Assembly: GCA_003971905.1 (NCBI GenBank)
Contig: RSEE01000074.1
Span: 186,001-250,000 of the forward strand
Reading direction: 5' to 3'
DNA from: Moniliella sp. 'wahieum'
Taxonomy: Eukaryota
DNA length: 64,000 nt
The translations under genes and the position numbers were made by a program. The notes under the pieces were generated by a model that searched no databases, was not told the origin of the DNA, and saw only the letters and a program-made list of their open reading frames with translations. Of the stretch, positions 1 to 15,107 are shown piece by piece (the first letter of the stretch is position 1; the number at the start of each line of letters is the position of its first letter).

Positions 1-195
1 CATGGGGATGGGTATGTGGATGTGGGTCCGCCGAGGGCGATGTGGTGGAGGAGGAGGGGGGGAGGGCGAAGGCGATGGCGGCGGGTGGGGCTGCGGCGAG
101 GGTGGATGGGGCAGCGTCGAGGCGCTGCGGACGCGAAGAGTGGAGTGCCTCCAACGGGCAGCGGCAAGGAGGGGGCGCAGCCCAGCAGCACGCAT
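1..195 (-). CDS. 5' end of a gene running off the window; N-terminus resembles a mitochondrial presequence
   Basis: Minus-strand ATG at 195 reads MRAAGLRPLLAAARWRHSTLRVRSASTLPHPPSPQPHPPPSPS..., open to the window edge; Arg/Ser/Leu-rich with no acidic residues. Confidence 0.4.
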   Translation of the reverse strand, partial: MRAAGLRPLLAAARWRHSTLRVRSASTLPHPPSPQPHPPPSPSPSPPPPPPHRPRRTHIHIPIPM

Positions 196-890
196 CGCAG
201 CTGTTGTGTCCGTTGCTGGTACGGATGCTGCTACGGATGCCGCTGCCAATGGATGCGATGCTGGGCGCCGCTTAGGGATGTGGTGTTCCCCCCAGTATGG
301 GTTAGCCAACCGGCAGCATCCTTCGCCGCTTAGCTCAGCCACGGTGCAACCAGCCTGTGCTTATATTTACCCCGCCAATGTAATGTTGCGCCAGACCGGC
401 TCGCCGCAAAATCATTGGTCAGATGCTCACCTGTCACCGGTCACGGGCGGTGGAAGAAGAAAAGCTAGTAGGACCAACTGACCAAGACGAACGAGCTTGG
501 AGGAGGAACAAAAGATCCAGTGCGAGTAGGGCCGGGGCACGGAAAAGAGACGAGAGGGGTAAGCTAACACGGGGGGCAAAGGAAGGCGCAGGTGTGTGGA
601 AACAGCAGGGGATAGTGCCGCAGAGAGGGTCTATCTATATGTATGTGTGGTGATGAGATTCATCATCTCTCATGCCTCTCTCCAGCCCACCAACATGCGA
701 CCTTCTTAGGGGAACCATCGCGTATCCTTCAGCCGCCAGTGGGCGAAGCGTAACGCTGACCTGGCCGTTTCGCCTTTCTTCGTCCCGGCGACGAGTCCTC
801 ACCCCCGCGTGTCCTACATTTTACTATCACAATCTCATCTTCGCCTTAGTGCACACAAGTCGAGAACACAGGAAAGAAGCTGACGATCCA

Positions 891-2826
891 TTATAGCTTG
901 ACGCATTACAACGCCTTGAGGATGCCATCCACCAGAGCCACCACGCCCCATGCACCGGGTCAGGCGGCGCGTCCTTCACTTCTCCTACGTAAGTAGCGCG
1001 GCCAAGACGAGCGGTCTGGGTGCGGGTGGCCTCGGCTCCCTTACGTGCCGCCTCGACCGCCTCCTTGAATGAGCCGGACTTGGCAAACGTGCGGCAAACG
1101 GGTCCAAGGCATCCACCAAGGTCCGCATTCCTGGGCGGGCCGGCGTGTGATGACCCAGCGACTCGAGCGCCTGGAGCAAGGCGGTGGACCATTCCTTTGA
1201 CGTCGCTTCCGCGCCCTTGGGCGCCGACGCAATCACGCTCTTGGCCAACGACGTAAAGAAGAGGGCATACAGTGCCCCACTGGTACCACCCATATTGTGC
1301 TCAATCACCTCGTCCACCGACAAGCACGTCCCTCCCGCCGACTTGAAGTCCAATTCTCCCTGTTCGGTCGGCCGCCTTCTTGACCGCCTTGGCTGCCTGG
1401 GCCAGCGTCTCCCCGCATCGCCATCGCCCACGACCGTGTCAAAGCGCGTCATGTCGGGCTCGGCGGCACGGCGGCATCGCAGGCCGAGATGATCACCTTC
1501 TTGACCAATTCGGGCGAAGGGTTGATCGGTCCCCCGGGTCCGACGCTGCCTGCGGGGCAGAAACTGACGTCTTCTTCGCCTGGGCCTTCTTGAGCGTCTC
1601 CCTGGCCTCGGCCAGTTCTTGCTACGGTCCCGTGGCTTGCCCGTCGCGCCTGACCAGCCATGCGCCACGCCGGCCCACCCCGAGCATCCGTCGGCGCATC
1701 CAACAACGCCAACAAGTCCACCCCAGTCTTCTTCTGGAACGCACGTTGGTTCACCAAGGTAATCCCAAAGCCGGGCGCATTGAGCGACGTCATGTAGGGG
1801 TGGGCATACACGCGGCTCGGGTACAGGCCATACCCTTCCAGTGACCCAGAACCTCATCCACAACCGCGCTAATTTCGAGGTTGGACAGCCCTCCGAGGTT
1901 GTTGATCGCCACAATGGGCGCATCCTCCTTGTCAAACGCCACATACGCCCGGTCCTTATCGGTGGGGTCGAGAAGGTACTTGAGCATCTCCTTGATCAGT
2001 TCTTGTGGCGGTGGGGCGTGCTCAATGTGCTTCACTCCCGGCTCGTTGTGGATGCCCATGCCAATCTCAATGGCATCGGGGGCGAGAGCGCCGTATTCCT
2101 CGGGGGCCTGGGACGGCCCGGAACTGACAATGGTCCAGCGACGCTTGAATCGTCACTGCCTGCGCAATAAACTCCCGCCCCAGCGAGGCCACCTTGGACA
2201 ACGACCAGCCCAGCTCGGCCGCCGCACCCACCACCTTGCACGTCAAAATGTTGGCAGCGAGACCACGGCGGCCCACCAGCCCGCCGCGCGCCCGCCCCAC
2301 CGCCACATCGTCTGCCACATTCACCACCTCCACACCTCGTGGTCTTGGGCATTGGCATAGGCCAGCGCCGCACGCGTCTTCTCGGCTGCCAGGCCAAAGT
2401 TGAGCACATCACCGGTATAGTTGTTGACAATGATCAGGTACCCTTGTCCGATGGCGCCAGGTCAATGCCCGTGACAATCGCCACCGTGGCGGGCGAAGCA
2501 AAATGTCACCGCTAATGCAGGCGCTAATCATGCCCTTACCCACCACGCGCGGCATGACCAGGCTCATGGCCAGCACCACCGCCGGCAATGATCGAGATCT
2601 TGCTGGGGTCGTGGCTGGCATCATACAGGACCTTATCCGGCTCGTACCTGGGGTGGCACCGGAAGGCAAAAGGGGAAACGGAGGATTAGTAACAAGATCC
2701 GCAGGCGAGAGCAGAGCGGGGCCCAGCAGGAAACATACACGCGCAGCGACGGGTTCAAGGCGGCCGAGCCGCGCAGGGCCTTGACGACGAGGCCGTCGGG
2801 TTGTTGAAGATGTGTTTGGTGGCCAT
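891..2826 (-). CDS. DAK1: Dihydroxyacetone (triose) kinase, Dak1+Dak2 domains; frameshifted in this assembly
   Basis: Fragments MATKHIFNNP, VVGKGMISACISGDI, VVNVADDVAVGRARGGLVGRRGLAANILTCKVVGAAAE, MGIHNEPG, INNLGGLSNLEI, MTSLNAPGFGITL, TRFDTVVGDGD, MGGTSGALYALFF, ARPGMRTLVDAL, ARLGRATYVG...PPDP. One 5' intron likely near 2650-2738. Stop TAA at 891-893. Confidence 0.93.
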
Positions 2827-4118
2827 GAGGGGGGGATGCGTTGGTGGACAGAAGGAGAAGAGGGGCAAGGGCGGACGGTTAAAGGCTGCGAGCGCGCGTG
2901 GATGCTCAGCCTGAGAGCGCTCAGGCCAGCTGGAGAGAAGGCTGGGCGCTCTGGGGCTAGTGCCTGGGGGTGCTCGGGGGGCAGCCGGGAGCAGCTGGAG
3001 CCGCGCACAGACACCCGCATGGGGGGCAGCACAGGGGCAGCCTGGGCCGCCTGGGCCGCCCCGTGTCCGCCCCGCCACCGTCCGGACAAGGGAGACTAAC
3101 GCGCTCCCGTCGAATCGGTGATCCCGCCGCTTGCCTCCGCCGCACCTCAGCGCCTCAGCGCTCGCTCCGGCGCTGGGCTTGAGCGCTTGAGCATGCTCTG
3201 CTGCTGGGGTTGTGGCCGTGCGTTCCCAACCAACCCGCCAGGCGGCCCAAACCAATGCATGACGGCGTTGACGGATGGCTGGATGGCTGGATCGATGACT
3301 ACCGCCGCCCGCGTCCCGGCTACCCCGCACCCCGCACTCGCGCCCCCTCTGGCCTTCCAGCTTCCTCAGCCTCAGACCTCAAGCAGGAGATGCATGATTC
3401 GTAGCCGCAATCACATCACACACATCCATCCGAACGCTGGCGTGGAGGCAAGGCTTACCGGTGACCAGGTGACGACTCGTGGGTGGCTGTCTGTCGCAGC
3501 CAGGGACCAGCAACTTCTGGCGCCTACAGCTTGGCCCTGGCGCTGGCTACCGCCCTGGCCTGCTTGCCCGCATCCGGCGCCCCAACCGCCTGCGTCAATT
3601 CGGCGTCCGTTCCCGGTCCCCTCGTGTTCCACATCTCGCTCGGCCGCCGGACAAGCAAGCCAGAGCGGCGGGGCAGCAGCGCAAAACGCGCCCCCCGGAT
3701 TCGATGCGCCGGGTGGCAGGGCGGACGAGGGGCGTACATACATTTTTCTTCTACCCTAAGGCCTAGGGCTTAACATGTAACTGCTTAAGCCCCCCCCCCC
3801 CCCCCGCATTCGGCGGCGCCTGTTGTCGTATTCCGTCCGCGCAAGCCAAGCCCGCGCGGGCTTGCAGGCGATCATGATCGATGTTCCGACTCACACTCAC
3901 CGCTTGCCGTAGGTCTAACATCCCGAGAAGAACAGAGCCCAATAGTGTTTTCGCCGCATCTTCCGGCCAGCAGCCTGTCCAGCACACACCCTCTTCCAAG
4001 TCCGCCGCTAGCCCCCCCCCCCCCCCCCCCGCCTGCGTCGTTATCACTGTAGCCCCAGGACAGCGCCGCCGGCCATATGGTCTCAGATCTCACGGACCTA
4101 GTATCTCCTCCCGCTCCA

Positions 4119-4643
4119 ATGGCGACACCGCTGTCACATCTCCATCCGCCCTCTCTCCGCCTGGTTTGTTGCTTGGGTCGATCTCTCGCACCTTCCCCGC
4201 GCTGTTTGACATGTTGACAGAACTATGGGTACACTAGCTCACTGCAGTACCATTCCAATCTATGTGAACTGGTGGAGAGCGAAATGGAAGGAGAAGAGAC
4301 AAGGCACTCTGACTCACTTGCATGCACACTGCAACCGAGATAGGGGCGAACGCCGAATTCTACCGCCACGGGCGACCCCATATCCGATGGGCCCAACATG
4401 CTCGATTCGTTCCTTGCCCCCCCTCCGGCCGCACCACCGCTACGCCAGGCCAACGGCTCCGACAAGGAACCGATCCCGCTTGCTGCGGAATCCAATGCCG
4501 ACCACGCCCCCACACCCCCCACCGAGGAGCCGGAGCCTGAGTCCGAGTCCAAGCCCAAGCCCGAGCCCAAGACCGACGGGGAACCTGCCAACCCCAAGGG
4601 TTTGGCCAACCTAGTGCAGCAAACGGCCACCGATGCGCAATAG
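4119..4643 (+). CDS. Small hypothetical protein, probably spliced
   Basis: ATG at 4119; intron-like GTTTGT...TTGAC...CAG at 4164-4220; possible second intron ending at TAG ~4343; acidic/Pro-rich C-terminus (MLDSFLAPPP...EEPEPESESKPKPEPK) ending 4643. No family recognised. Confidence 0.4.
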
Positions 4644-5307
4644 CAACTGTGAGCCAAGCATTTGTTTTTTCCTCCTTTGGCTTCTGACATCTGACATCTG
4701 AGATTTGAGGAGCCGGTTGTTGGCGTTGGGTTTGGTTGTCAGTTGTTCCTTTGCTGGCATTCGCACCATTCAATATTCACCCCCCTTCGTGCTGACCTTG
4801 GAGCTTCTTCCATGGGAGCTGCTCTCTACTTGTAATGAACACATTTGCCACATGACGATCTGGGGGGACGATCTGGGGATGTGAGCCTCAGGGCGGCCTG
4901 TTCTGGATGGAGATGAGCGTGATGGCCGGAAGAATAGGAGGGCGTGGCCGTGCGAGGGGCGTAGGGCCGTGCTGGACTGCTGGTTTGGTTTGGCGTGGCG
5001 CGTGGGACGGCCGGTTAATATTGACGGCAGAAGAGCTTTCAAGCCTAAAGAGGAGCTACGACGTGAGAAGAGAGGGCCCGTGTCCAGCCATCCGAGGCTC
5101 CATGGCAAAAAGACGAACGTGGTGGGCCTATCGGACGAGTCAACGCTGGGCGCATTAGCCCCCCACCAATCCTGGGCGCGGGCGTGCAGTAAACAAGCAC
5201 TCAAGCACTCGAATCTGAGCACCTTCCCAAGATATGCATTGTCTTACATTAACGCATCACACCAGCGCGCGGACAGCACCCCGGGCAAGTGTCCATTCGC
5301 TTTCAGG

Positions 5308-6048
5308 CTACGACAAGCTCTTGCCCATGCTAAAAACACAGTCAGCCCTGTCTTTCTGCCAAAGGGGGCAGGGGAGGGAGGGACGTACAACTTGCGCTTG
5401 GTGAAGGCCATCCTACTTGCTCGGCACACCATCGACGTAGATCTTGTCGACAAGGCGCAGGACGAGTTCCTGGCGAGCTTGGGTGAGGTACTGAAGCAGG
5501 TCCGCGTCGTTCCGATCCCGCGGCGGCGCATACAGCGCGTTCAAGGGGAAATTGGCGTCGCCAGGAAGGGCGAATTGGTCGAGGGCCAGGGTGGTGAGCT
5601 GCTTGATGGCTTCGCCTTGGCTTAGCGGCACCCGGTTCGCCGCCACCTTGGCCAGACAGTCGCTGATAAAGAGGATAAAGTAGATCAAGTCCTGCAGAGG
5701 GGAACACAGGGGGTGGGGGGGGTGGGGGAGTCAGTAGGGGTGGAGCTACGCAAGAGGCGGGGCCAAAGCAGGGCGTACTCGGTCGGCAGGACCCTTGATC
5801 TCAAAGTTGCGGAACAGCGAGTTGGCACGGAAGAGGTCAATCGACTCGTCGAGGATGTCAAACTGGGCAGGATCGTCGGGGGGCGGGGCGGGACCGCGAA
5901 TGCGCGTGCGCAGCGGTAGGATGGCCATCGAGCCGCTGACGCGCACATTGGGGTCGTCATTGTAGGCGGAGTGGTAGGCCTGCAGGGGGGGTGGTTAGCG
6001 AACGGCGGGAGAGGGGAGTCGGGGCGAGACGGGGACACGTACAGGCAT
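5308..6048 (-). CDS. ARC18: Arp2/3 complex subunit 3 (p21-Arc)
   Basis: Spliced reading MP|AYHSAYNDDPNVRVSGSMAILPLRTRIRGPAP...DILDESIDLFRANSLFRNFEIKGPADR|..LIYFILFISDCL...FALPGDANFPLNALY...YLTQARQEL...PSK..MAFTKRKF|MGKSLS*; three GT-AG introns. Confidence 0.95.
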
Positions 6049-6260
6049 GGCGTCGACGCAGAGGTGGTGGCGCTCAGCCTGGGCGCTGAGGCTCAGCACC
6101 CTCCGCTGCCGCCGCGAGCCAGCCGCAGGCGGAGGCGGCCACGATGCACCGCTGACGTAACAGAGTGCGCACGGTCACCGCGACCGCCCATGGCCGATGA
6201 TCTCATCGATGACGGTCATCCGGGTATGCATCGTCCGCGTCACACCTCAGCCTCAGGCGC

Positions 6261-8721
6261 TTACATTGGACGTTCGTTCACCTCGTCTATCGCTGTATTT
6301 GGGCGCGCCGGCAGCACTGAGAGCGTCCAGCTAGCTTCAACCAACGCTCGTTTCATCATGGGACACTGTGCAAGGCAGTGCGTAAGGCTCTGTTTCCGTC
6401 GGCCGGGTGAGTACGTCCTGCTGGGTATGCTCTTCCATCTAGCTCTGGCCAAGAACGTCAGGTGCCATGGAGGAGGTGCATGGTAGCCATGTTGGGTGCA
6501 ACGCCCAAGTTGAGCAGGTAGGCTGCGTAGTCGGGACGGCCGAGCTGGAGTGCATGTTGAATGGCGTTCTGCAGCTCAATCGTGTTGGGCATACGGGGCT
6601 TGCGCTGCCCTTCGCGTTCCTCAGGCAGCTCCGTTCCGGAGCGGAGAAACGAGGGCAGCAGTTGGGGAACCGAGTCCACCACTCGCACGGCTCCCGGCAC
6701 CTCTACCAACTGGCAACTGTGCAGAAGATCGAGGGTGATGGCAGTCTGGGCATAGGTCTTGGCAACCTCCCTCCCTCGGCCGGTGGCTTGCAACTGCCGT
6801 CGCTGACCTGCAAGGTAGGCACGCAGCTCCACCCGACGGTCGTCCCGTGGCAGACCCCGAGCTGAGGACGGGGCTGGCACATTCTCTTGAGCAAGGATCA
6901 GTTCCAGTGGCATGGAGGAGATAGGCACGTGCGCCCAAGCGTATCCACCTCTCTGGCGATGCCATCCAATGCGGACAACACGCCCCCCGTGGTGGCGCAG
7001 GCAGAGCATACATCTCCTCCAATTGTCGCATCGCCTTCCGATGGGCGCCGGAAGAAAAAGGGTCAGGTCCTTCATCCATCTCCACAAACCAGCTAGTCAG
7101 GCTGACGATCAGTTCAAAGCCCGCCGTCCAGTTCAGGTCGAGGGTGCGGAGGAGAAGCGTCTCAAATGCGCTCCTTCTCATGCTGGGCGAGAAGGCGACC
7201 AGGAGAGGTAAGAAAAGACGGAGAATCCCCACGTCCCGTACTGCCACTAGCGCTTCCAGCGCCTCTGCTAGCCCCGACCGAGGCGCCATGGTCTGAAACA
7301 GTTGCCCTCCAAACCGCAACCTGGCCGTTAAGAGCAGCTCAAGCGTGTCCTCATGCGGTACGCGGGTCGTGCCCAACTCCCTGAGAGGCAAGGGATTTGG
7401 TCCTTAGGCACCTCGTGGCCTCGAGTGCCACACGCCGCAACAGGGCAGTAGGGAAGGAGGAGAGATGGACTCGGAACATCGCCTTCTCCCCATCACGACT
7501 AAAGACGGTAGCAAAATCCCATGCTGCCCCGTGCAACTCTTCAATAGACAAAAGATAGGCCTCCAGCCTACCAAGGACAGAGGGTGTGCAGACGCCGCGT
7601 CCAAACCGCAGCGCAAAATCCAGTGGGTTCCAGTCCTGATCACTCAGTGGTCGCGGGAGTGAAAGGTGCAAGGGATGGAACGGGTCCCGCAACTTTTCTC
7701 GAAACGGACCACTGACCTTCTTCCCGTGTGTGGGGAAACGCACCACGCGCTCCAGCTGAGCCTTGGGAAGGAATGCGGGACTGGCACTATGTTTCACCCA
7801 CTGCCCCCAGTCGATGCGCGGAAAGCGTAGGGTAGGCTGGGGGAGGGGAGGGATAGGCAGTTGCCAAGCGTCCATCTTCGAATGATCCACACCAGGCCAG
7901 ATCGGAAGCAAGGCTGGTGGGGAGGAAGATGAACGCAGTGGGGAGCGGCAAGAAGGATGTTGTCGCCGCGTTCGATCTAGATCCGGGTCCTTGTTCTTGT
8001 CGTTCTCCTTGTCCCGTCGCTTTTCCTTGTCTCTGGTCTTCTCGCGTCGATGGTCTCTGGACTTGCTCTGTTCAGTGTGTGTGGGGTCATGAGTGGAAGA
8101 GTGTGGCCTTGGCGATCGGGTACGTGAGCGAGAACAGGAGCGAGAGCGATTGTGGGAACGGGAATGGAATGGGAATGGGAATGGGAATGGGAATGAGAAT
8201 GGGAATGAGAATGGGGTATGTCAGAGCGCGATTCGACCCCAGGTTCGTCTTGTTTAGAGGAACGTGATTTTTTATGCGAATGCCTCGAAGTAGAGGAGTG
8301 GTGATGCCGCTTTCTCTTCAGGTGTGAACCTAAGCAGGCACCTTCTTGTGCCGGCTGCACAGATCCTTCCCGGGAAGGTGTGATGGAGGTGACCGTAGGG
8401 CTGGGCAACGAGCTACCATGGGGTGTTGCTGGATACACCTTCATGGCCTGCCACATAGCCCTCGAAGGCGGAGTCCAAAGGCGGATAAATGGCATACACG
8501 TTGCCTTGCAAGTTGAGTCCCGCGGCGTACCAGTTGGAAAACCAGCGGGAAAGGAGATAGCGGGCGCGGTACTCCACGCTGGTTGAGTCGGGCCGGAGCT
8601 TGCGGTGCAGCGTGCGGGACACAAGCGGCAAGACAGGAACGTGGAGGAGGATGTGGATGTCCTGCAGCACCTCCACCGGCAGCTTCTCGAGAGGTGCCAG
8701 AGGGGGGAGCTGGGGCTCCAT
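6261..8721 (-). CDS. Hypothetical protein with N-terminal F-box-like motif and C-terminal ankyrin-like helices; frameshifted
   Basis: ATG 8721: MEPQLPPLAPLEKLPVEVLQDIHILLHVPVLPLVSRTLHRKL...YRARYLL, then a His-Ser tract, PLDFALRFGRGVCTPSVL, helical Leu-rich segments and AIQHALQLGRPDYAAYLLNLGVAPNMATM. ORF fragments 8413-8895, 7977-8864, 7351-7911, 6621-7391 and 6458-7087 tile continuously. 3' end uncertain. Confidence 0.55.
8160..8218. repeat. (GGAATG/GAGAAT)n hexamer repeat encoding a His-Ser tract
   Basis: ggaatggaatgggaatgggaatgggaatgggaatgagaatgggaatgagaatggg seen directly. Confidence 0.85.
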
Positions 8722-9049
8722 TGGTCGGTATCGCCCTCTGTACTGGTGGGAGTGTGGCGGCAATAGCAGTGCCCCTTGGGCGGAAAGAGCAGCGAAGCAG
8801 CGAGACGAGCGGGCCTGCCCACGGCCGTCAAAGCTGAACAGCGGCTTGCTCGCCTTGGCGCCAAAAAAATTTGGCCCGCACCAGCTATCGATCACAAGTG
8901 CTGTCAGTGCTTATGTCACCCTTGCGCCCGTCACGTGTTCTCATCACACTGCGTTATCTCATGAGTCACATGCCCATCACCACACAGCCTCGCCTTGCCT
9001 CGCCTCGCAGTCGCGGGTCGAATCAGGATGACTATGCGTCGTGACGCCC

Positions 9050-9134
9050 TAGGCTCAGGCGCTCAGCCTCAGGCCGGTCAGGTCAGCGTTTAGGCTAAAC
9101 GCTAAAGTTTAGCCCTGAGCTGCAGCGTTAGCTC
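9050..9134. promoter_or_regulatory. CTCAG-rich candidate promoter element between the divergent F-box-like and Pmp3 genes
   Basis: aggctcaggcgctcagcctcaggcc...ccctgagc; similar clusters lie upstream of several other ATGs. Function is inferred only. Confidence 0.35.
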
Positions 9135-9180
9135 ATACCATCTTGCTACCAACTCGTTGCATTTCTCTCACGACCCCAGC

Positions 9181-9500
9181 ATGGTTCTCACCTCTGACAT
9201 CCTCCTGGTCCTTTGCGCCATCATCTTCCCGCCGGCTCCCGTCCTGTTCCTGACAGGATGCTCGTGCGACCTGCTCATCTGCATTATCCTCACCCTCCTC
9301 GGCGCCCTGCCAGGCCATATCTGGGCCTTGTACATCATCTACAAGTACATCAAGGCACGGGAAGTTCGGCCTGCAGGGATTCGTGTACGTGGGTAGCGGC
9401 CACTACGAGGCCATTGGCACCAACCAGTCCGCCCCTCCCCCTGGCGTACGTGCTCACCAACCACCCTCCCCCCATATTGGCATGCTGCGTTGTGACTGAC
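9181..9500 (+). CDS. Pmp3/Ric1-family plasma membrane proteolipid
   Basis: MVLTSDILLVLCAIIFPPAPVLFLTGCSCDLLICIILTLLGALPGHIWALYIIYK matches the Pmp3 pattern (AIxFPP...DLLIxIxLTLLGxxPGxIxA). C-terminus frameshifted, so the end is approximate. Confidence 0.88.
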
Positions 9501-10075
9501 CTGATGGATGACCTCAGTACGGTGCTTTGGCGTGAGCCCCTTCCTTCTTCCCGCGTTCCGTCTTGGTTTCTCTCTGTCCATAAACACTGCGCCGCGCTCG
9601 TCCTTCCCCGTCAGCGCTTCTGCCTGCAATGTATGATTTGCAGTCCCAGCTCTTACAGTCCCTGTGGCTTCCATTTGATGATACTATGTAGCAATGACCG
9701 GGCGGGGAGGTACGTGACCATACTTGGCCGACGGGGCTGAGCACGCTGGGCCTGTCGCACCTTTGATGTGGGGGCAACAAAGGAACGTACGTCGGTGGGT
9801 TGGAATGGTGGCGGTGATGTGCGCACAAGGCGCCCCAGCGATGGATGATGCTGTGATGGATGACTCCATCAGCCGCTGCTTATGTATTACGTAGGCCACG
9901 GCACGCGTATGAGCATGGCGTTTGGTAGGGTTAGGTGTTGATTGAGGAACGGGAGGGGTGATGGGTGATGTGCATGTTGAACTCAATCCACACCAAAAGA
10001 CCAGCATTCTACTCGACGCCCACCACCCCCCTCCGCTGCCTGCTGTCCGCAGACCGACCCAGTCGATTTGCTGCC

Positions 10076-11769
<1,694 letters not shown>

Positions 11770-12356
11770 GCAGGATGGTCAGCTCAGTGCGGGTGCTTGA
11801 ACCTATTGTGAACCCGCTGAGCATGAAGCACGAGATGCCTCATGTGCAGGCAGGAGGAGGGGGACAGGCGTGGAGGGGAGCAAGGAGCGAGTCACTTAGA
11901 CCTCTGATGGCGGCTCCACATCGAGATAGCAAGTCACATGTCACACATCGACTGTGACTTTAGGAAGGGGGGAAGTCACGTCCATTTCATTGACAGAGCT
12001 TAAGGCTGGGACAGGGGGAACGCTACGTCTAAACCTAACCGTTCATCTTGCGGGGGTTACTTGGAAGCGCCACCAATGTAAAAATCGGATGTGATGTAGA
12101 TTTGGCTGAACTTGAACTAATGACTAGCCCCGTGCGGGAAGCGAGGCGCAGGCGCGTGCTTGCCCCAATTAGAAAGTAGGTGAGCACACCTACTCAATAA
12201 GTACTGCTGACGAAAGCCTCTGTTGGCCTGAATTGTGAATCCACCCACCACGCCCGACTGCCTCCGCCGCCCTCCGCCGCCTCCCCGCCTCCCCGCCTCC
12301 CCGCCTCCCCCTCTTCCCCCTCCATTGCGTCCAAGCCCAGCCAGCTGCGACGGGCA

Positions 12357-14576
12357 ATGGCTCCTCCAAGCAAACAGCCGCGCTACTCGGACCTGGCGCT
12401 GGGAGTGGGCTGTGCGCTCGACGGCGCCTATGCGCCCTTGCCGCCAAACTCGCTGGGGTCGTCACCGACCCCTCCTTCGTCAGCCCCCCTCCTCGCCCCC
12501 GCCAGCAACCCGCCTGCATCGGTCTTCCCTGCCCGGCCACCACCCCTGTCTCGCCCCAGCCCGTCTGGGGCAGTGGTCCGGTCTCGCCCCGGGGGCGAGC
12601 TGGACAAACCACTGCGCCGTGCTGCCCCTTCGCCCCTGCGCGCCAGTAGAGGCACCCTCATCCACCGTGATGACATTGCTGCATTTGAACAGTGGGCCCA
12701 ACCCTCGCCACCGACCATCACCAGCTGCCCTCCCCGCCGCCGCCTCTCCTCGTGTCTTCTTCCCGGAACAGGAGAGCATACCACTACCACCCCTGTCTCT
12801 CTGCCACGCCTGCCACACCCATCGCTCGTCCCGCTCGGTCAGAGGGCCTGTTTGCTCTGAAGACGACTGAATCAGCTCGCCGGACAAAGAGAAAAGAATA
12901 ATCCATGGGCTGCTGTCCGTCTGCGGGCCCATCCCGCCTCCACGCACCCCGCCGCCAGGCCCCCCCCTCCCGTCCTTCGTCCCGCACCACCGGACCAGAA
13001 CCGAACGAAACCGCCATCGTTGGCGGCTCAGTTGGCTCAGCAGTTCTCCCCTGCCATCCTCTCGAGGCGTTGCGGCTTCATTCGCAAGCGCTTACTACCA
13101 ACCCCCTTGCCTCTGACTCACCCTCGTCGATCCCCCCCCCACGCCCCGCACCTCCCTCTGCACCTACCTCCGCATCTCCAGTGGCTTCTACCACAGCATC
13201 ATCGGTAGCTGCATTGGCATCAGTATCTGCCGCGCCGCACCTGCCTCTGCGCCTGCCTCCGCACCTGCCTCTGCACCTGTCTCCGCACCTGTATCTGCAC
13301 CTGCATCTGCATCGGCGCCTGCACTTCCCATACCTGCGCGCCTGTATCTACACCAATGCCTGCACGTACGATCCCATCAGTGCCTGCACATGCACCCATT
13401 TCATTCGAGAAACAGGAGCGTCCTGCCCGACCTGCTTCCCCTCCAAAGGCCCGCGCCCATCCCGTGTTCCCCGTCGGCACTGGTGCGCCACCTCGCATCC
13501 ACTTTTGCACCAGAAACGGGAAAACTTTCTACTCATCATCCTCTACCAATCCTCCGCCTCCTCCTGTCCCAGGAGGTGTGGGAACAGATTCGAGCTCTCC
13601 CTTCCCTTTGCCCCCTCTTGTCCGCCGCTCCAATCGAACGACGGCCCCGGCAAACCTCCATCCCAGGTGTCGTACGAACTGGAGGGAGGAAGTGGTACGA
13701 GAGGCCAAGGGCCCGGTCCGGATACAGCTCCAAAGCGTCCCTCCACCCACAACCGTCGGCTTCTCAGCAAGGTACTCAGGCACCTTTTCCCCTTAAGCCC
13801 ATCAAGCCTCACCCGTCCGTGTCAATCTCCATCCCACACCGCACGGCCCCAACCATGCGTCTGGCCTTGGCACTGCTACTCGTGAAGGCGCCTGTTCCGA
13901 TTCATCCTCCGGGCCCTCTACGGTCCACGGGAAAGGAGAGTCCCCCTCTTCGCCCGCAGGCCATCCTCCCACACGTCCCACCCCATCGGTGCGCATTCTC
14001 CCACTGCGACTGCCCGATCTCCTACCGGTCCCCTCCGACCTGCGTTCCGTACCAAGCATTCTCCCGGGCGCAAAGTCACCTTCTCTCTCCCCCCCACGCA
14101 CGGGGGAGATCCTGTACCGGCCCAACGACCGGCATGGCTCGATTCGCATTTAATACCGCGTGTCCCCGTGCCGCTGGGCCAACGCCATCAGCGCCATCAC
14201 CTGGGTCGGGCCGCTCCACGGGCGAGTCGTTCCCCTTCGAGCTTGCCTGGTGCGCGCCACCCCGTCCACCCCGTTTCCCCCCCGGGCTCAGCCGTCGCCA
14301 AATCACACCCACCATCGCATCCACCCCCGCATCATCACACCCCTTACTTCCGAGCCGTCATGGACTCTTCCCCGACCCCCCCTGCCTCGTCCGCCCCTCC
14401 GCCCGTCAAGAGTCCCCCCCGCCCGCGCCTCGCTTCTTCCGTCCTCAAGATTGTCCAGGCGGTGGAGGAGAGTGAGAAGGAGCCCGGCACCCGTCCCCCC
14501 GCACGGTCGGGACGCGAAAGCCGCCACCGCAAACCAAGGTGGGCTCGTTGCGCTCCGTGTGGGAACGATAGGTTAG
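12357..14576 (+). CDS. Pro/Ser/Ala-rich hypothetical protein; frameshifted
   Basis: ATG 12357 (MAPPSKQPRYSDLALG...); overlapping Pro-rich ORFs tile to ~14576; GCACCT-type hexamer tract at ~13236-13325. No domain recognised. Confidence 0.5.
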
Positions 14577-15107
14577 CCTGGCCGTCTCTGTCTTGGACCT
14601 TGGTTCTCATCTTTCAGCTCATATGTATATATCGCGCTTTGGACCTATCCTACAGGAGACTCTATAGGCAACGATGGCAACGATTTAAAAGGAAGAGGAA
14701 CAGAGGAAGAAGAGAAGGACGCACCAAAGGTGATGGGAGCGGGGATAATGAAGAAGCCGTGCTTTGGTGTCGATGATACTCTTTCAGACTGTTGTTGAAT
14801 GTACGAACTGGCACAATAGGTTCGAGAGGAACTAAGGACAAAGACTTAGCAACGCATGATGAGAAACAGAAGCAAAACAGATCAAAGAACATCTAGACCA
14901 CAGGCTCATAGACATAGCCGTGGGTGGATACATGTATGTCCCGTCAGACGACCTGGTGGTCTCCCCACATCGTGGAGGGGACCATCAATATATGAATGTG
15001 GATCAATATATGATGAAGTGGATCTGCGTCAACAGCCGAGAACGCTGTAAAGAGACTCTTGATGCCGGTGGCCATCTCATTCCCCTCGTTTCGCCCAGGT
15101 GGGGTGT

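Noticed and set aside
891..2826. Programmed frameshifting or pseudogene status for DAK1 and other split genes
   Set aside because: Indels are scattered through almost all genes, which is best explained by sequencing error.
3790..4030. Long poly-C runs at ~3790-3806 and ~4012-4030
   Set aside because: Simple homopolymers whose lengths are unreliable in this assembly; no further structure.
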